Shown here piece after piece: positions 61,532 through 64,000 of a stretch of DNA of 64,000 nt (its first letter is position 1; every line of letters starts with the position of its first letter). Source of the stretch: a virus; the IMG/VR virus record IMGVR_UViG_3300045988_082442, positions 149,709 through 213,708 of that record; one strand, 5' to 3'. Both the position numbers and the translations under genes were made by a program. Below the pieces are notes generated by a model, which was not told the origin of the DNA, ran no database searches, and saw only the letters and a list, made by a program, of their open reading frames with translations.

Positions 61532-63012
61532 ATGATTAAGAAATGTGAAATATGTGGAATGGAGTTTAATGCAGCAAGACATAGTTCTAGAAAGTGTAAT
61601 AGAGAACATCATTCTAAGTGCAGTGTATGTGGAAAGGATATTATATTAACACCCAGCCAGGAACAAAGAGTTTTAGATGGGAGAAAGATTATATGTAGTC
61701 AGAAATGTCGAGCACAGGTTGTTAAGGATGCAACAATGGAAAAGTACGGTGTTGACAATGTATTTAAGTTAAAGTGCATACAAGACAAAGTAAAAAGCAA
61801 TAATATTAAACTATATGGTTGTGAAAATCCATTTACTGCTGAATCTTTTAAAAGTAAAGCAAAAAGTACAAAAATACAAAAATATGGGAATGAGAATTTT
61901 AATAATAGAACTAAGTCTAGGAAACAAGTATTCAGAAATATGGTGTAGATAACCCTTGTAAGTCTGATAAGATTAAAGCCAAAATCAGTAAAAATATAGT
62001 AACTGCAAAGAGAAGTCTAATGTCTGATAGAGCATTGTATGTTATCAACAACTTTAAACAATTTGTATCAGGATTAAGTGATGACAATAAAACATTAGGA
62101 TATTTATGTCAATATACTGGTTTAAGTGAAAGTTATATTAGAAGTTTAATACATGAAAACAATTTAGATGATAATATATTAAAACAATATTCACTTCCTG
62201 AGACTGATATTAAAGCATTCCTAGATAAACATGATATATGTTATATACATAATACTAGAACTATAATAAAACCACTAGAACTTGACTTCTATATTCCAGA
62301 TTATAATTTAGCAATAGAGTATAATGGTTTGTATAGACATGCTGACTTAGGAAAGTATTACCATTATAATAAATCAAAAATGTGTGAAGAAAAAGGTATA
62401 AGACTAATACATATATGGGAACATGAATGGAATAATGAAAGACAAAGACCTATTTTAGAGAATATGATATTAAGTGCGTGTAATAAGAATACAAATAAAG
62501 TATATGCAAGAAAATGTAATATTGTAGTAAAGCCATCTAGTGAAATGAGACAGTTTTATGAGAAAAACAATATACAAGGTTTCAGAGGTGGAAAATTCTC
62601 TATATGTTTAGAATATAATAATGAGATAATTATGGCTTACAACATGGGAAGTGCTTTCTTTGGTAAAGGTAAATATGAATGGGAAGTTATCAGGGGTGCT
62701 ACTAAACTAGGTTATACAGTAGTTGGTGGTGCATCAAAAATATTCAGCTATTTTATTAAAACATATAACCCCCAAAGTTGTGTATATTATATAGACTATA
62801 ATTATTTCAATGGAAATTCATTAAAAAACTTACCAGATATGAAATTTATTAAATCACAAATTTCATTTAAAAACTGGTGGGTAAAAGAGAATATAGTAAA
62901 AAACAGGGAACCAGCTAGAAATGCAGAGATAAAGAAATTGCAGGGGGAAGGTTTAGTTAAACCTTTATATAATGCTGGTACCAAGGTATATTTATGGGAA
63001 AGGAAGAATTGA
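61532..63012 (+). pseudogene. homing-endonuclease-like gene, paralog 3, split by a frameshift near 61921-61945
   Basis: ORF 61532..61948 (Zn ribbons plus KYG repeats) continues as ...IQKYGVDNPCKSDK... in the frame of ORF 62020..63012, which is open from 61921. An A3 run lies at 61922-61924. Confidence 0.65.
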
Positions 63013-63013
63013 T

Positions 63014-63826
63014 ATGAGCACATTAAGTACAAGTGAGGCAGCATTTAACATGGGTGTAAATGTATGTGTAACTAAAAGAGATAAAAAGACAGGTAGAATA
63101 TTACAGCAAGAAAAGGGACATAATAGATGTCTAAAACAAACTTTATTAGGTATTGCCAAGTTTTTAAATGGCGAATTTAACCCAACACAACCACTATCAA
63201 ATGAGCAAAACCCTTCATATAGATTAGAAGATGATTGGATACCATCATACCTAGGTGTAGGTACAAATATTGGAAGCTACTCAAGTGGTACTTCTAATGT
63301 AACTAGCGTTGTTAGTGTAAATGATACAAAGTTATTATCTGAAATCTCTCCTAGAATGAGATTACCAGAAAGAAATAAACTTATTTCAAGAAATGAACAA
63401 GCTTATGTTCAACTTGTTATAAACACATATCTACCAGATGAAGAATATGTTGGTCAAAGAATAGGGGAATGTGGTTTATTTGCACAGGAAACAGGTAATA
63501 ACTGTTTGTTCAGAATTGCATTAGCTGAGCCAATATTAAAAGAACAAGATACTATTGTTGAAGTAATGTGGACAATAAGTATTGTTTCTATTGATAGTCA
63601 AAATAGTAAGTATGTAGAAGTTGATAAATCAGACTTAAAACAAATATTAGACCACTTACTAGATAAGTATGCTGGCTATACAAAAGCAGGTAAAAAAGTA
63701 AATATAGATGCTTCTGTTGCTGACTTTAAAGATGCAATGTATGACTACTATAGAAAAGATATTGACCAAGATGGTATTGATGCTACTGTTGCTAAAATGA
63801 ATGCTGATTATAAAGATTTACCTTAA
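63014..63826 (+). CDS. tail-collar-fibre-type (DUF3751-like) structural protein, 270 aa
   Basis: YLGVGTN...VNDTKLLSEISPRMRL...GQRIGECGLFAQETGNNCLFRIAL...KEQDTIVEVMWTISI fits the remembered P2 gpH-N-terminal-type pattern; ATG 63014 preferred by RBS. Confidence 0.55.
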   Translation: MSTLSTSEAAFNMGVNVCVTKRDKKTGRILQQEKGHNRCLKQTLLGIAKFLNGEFNPTQPLSNEQNPSYRLEDDWIPSYLGVGTNIGSYSSGTSNVTSVVSVNDTKLLSEISPRMRLPERNKLISRNEQAYVQLVINTYLPDEEYVGQRIGECGLFAQETGNNCLFRIALAEPILKEQDTIVEVMWTISIVSIDSQNSKYVEVDKSDLKQILDHLLDKYAGYTKAGKKVNIDASVADFKDAMYDYYRKDIDQDGIDATVAKMNADYKDLP

Positions 63827-63831
63827 TACTC

Positions 63832-63860
63832 TTGACAAGCTACTTTAAAAGTGGTACACT
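63832..63860 (+). promoter_or_regulatory. sigA-type promoter TTGACA-17-TACACT
   Basis: Followed by at least 140 nt with no ORF but strong hairpins. Confidence 0.55.
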
Positions 63861-64000
63861 AGGGTTAAGTTGTAGATAATCATATTAAAATATGATATAC
63901 AATCCATCAGATTTATTTATCAACTGAAATGATAAATAAATCTAATCCCCAATAAACTATGTACTACCAATTGAGTTGATAGTATAAAAACAAAAAAAAT

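Overview
This window is an AT-rich segment of a tailed dsDNA phage. About 58 genes lie on the + strand and only two on the - strand. All calls come from reading the sequence and translations, with no database search.

Main content:
- T4-type head module, split in two. A gp20-like portal sits at 19.1 kb. A gp21-like prohead protease fused to a coiled-coil scaffold sits at 54.3 kb. A gp23-like major capsid gene sits at 55.8-57.5 kb and is interrupted by a 346-nt ORF-less group I intron resembling the T4 td intron.
- At least 12 tail-fibre or receptor-binding genes (1.3-12.9 kb and 33.6-52.8 kb). They are built from shuffled and duplicated modules: tail-collar domains, a discoidin-like domain, an ALK-type glycine-rich domain, an SH3b-like domain and a dockerin-like module.
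- An 11.4-kb block (21.5-33 kb) of very acidic, mostly giant proteins. It contains stop-less gene junctions that retain internal SD-ATG signals, and in one case a complete promoter.
- Five homing-endonuclease-type genes: three paralogs of one composite family plus two HNH genes. One shows a 37-bp insertion footprint.
- A DNA methyltransferase.
- Two sharply conserved regulatory motif classes. One is a 16-nt late-type motif, GTAAAATATTAATGAG, present 14 times. The other is a TTGACA promoter with a near-invariant spacer, present about 10 times.
- Several open reading frames are broken, most at short homopolymer runs.

The leads I consider most novel are the intron plus adjacent endonuclease in the capsid gene, the acidic fused-gene block as possible protease-processed capsid cargo, the dockerin-bearing tail protein, and the promoter-cassette architecture.
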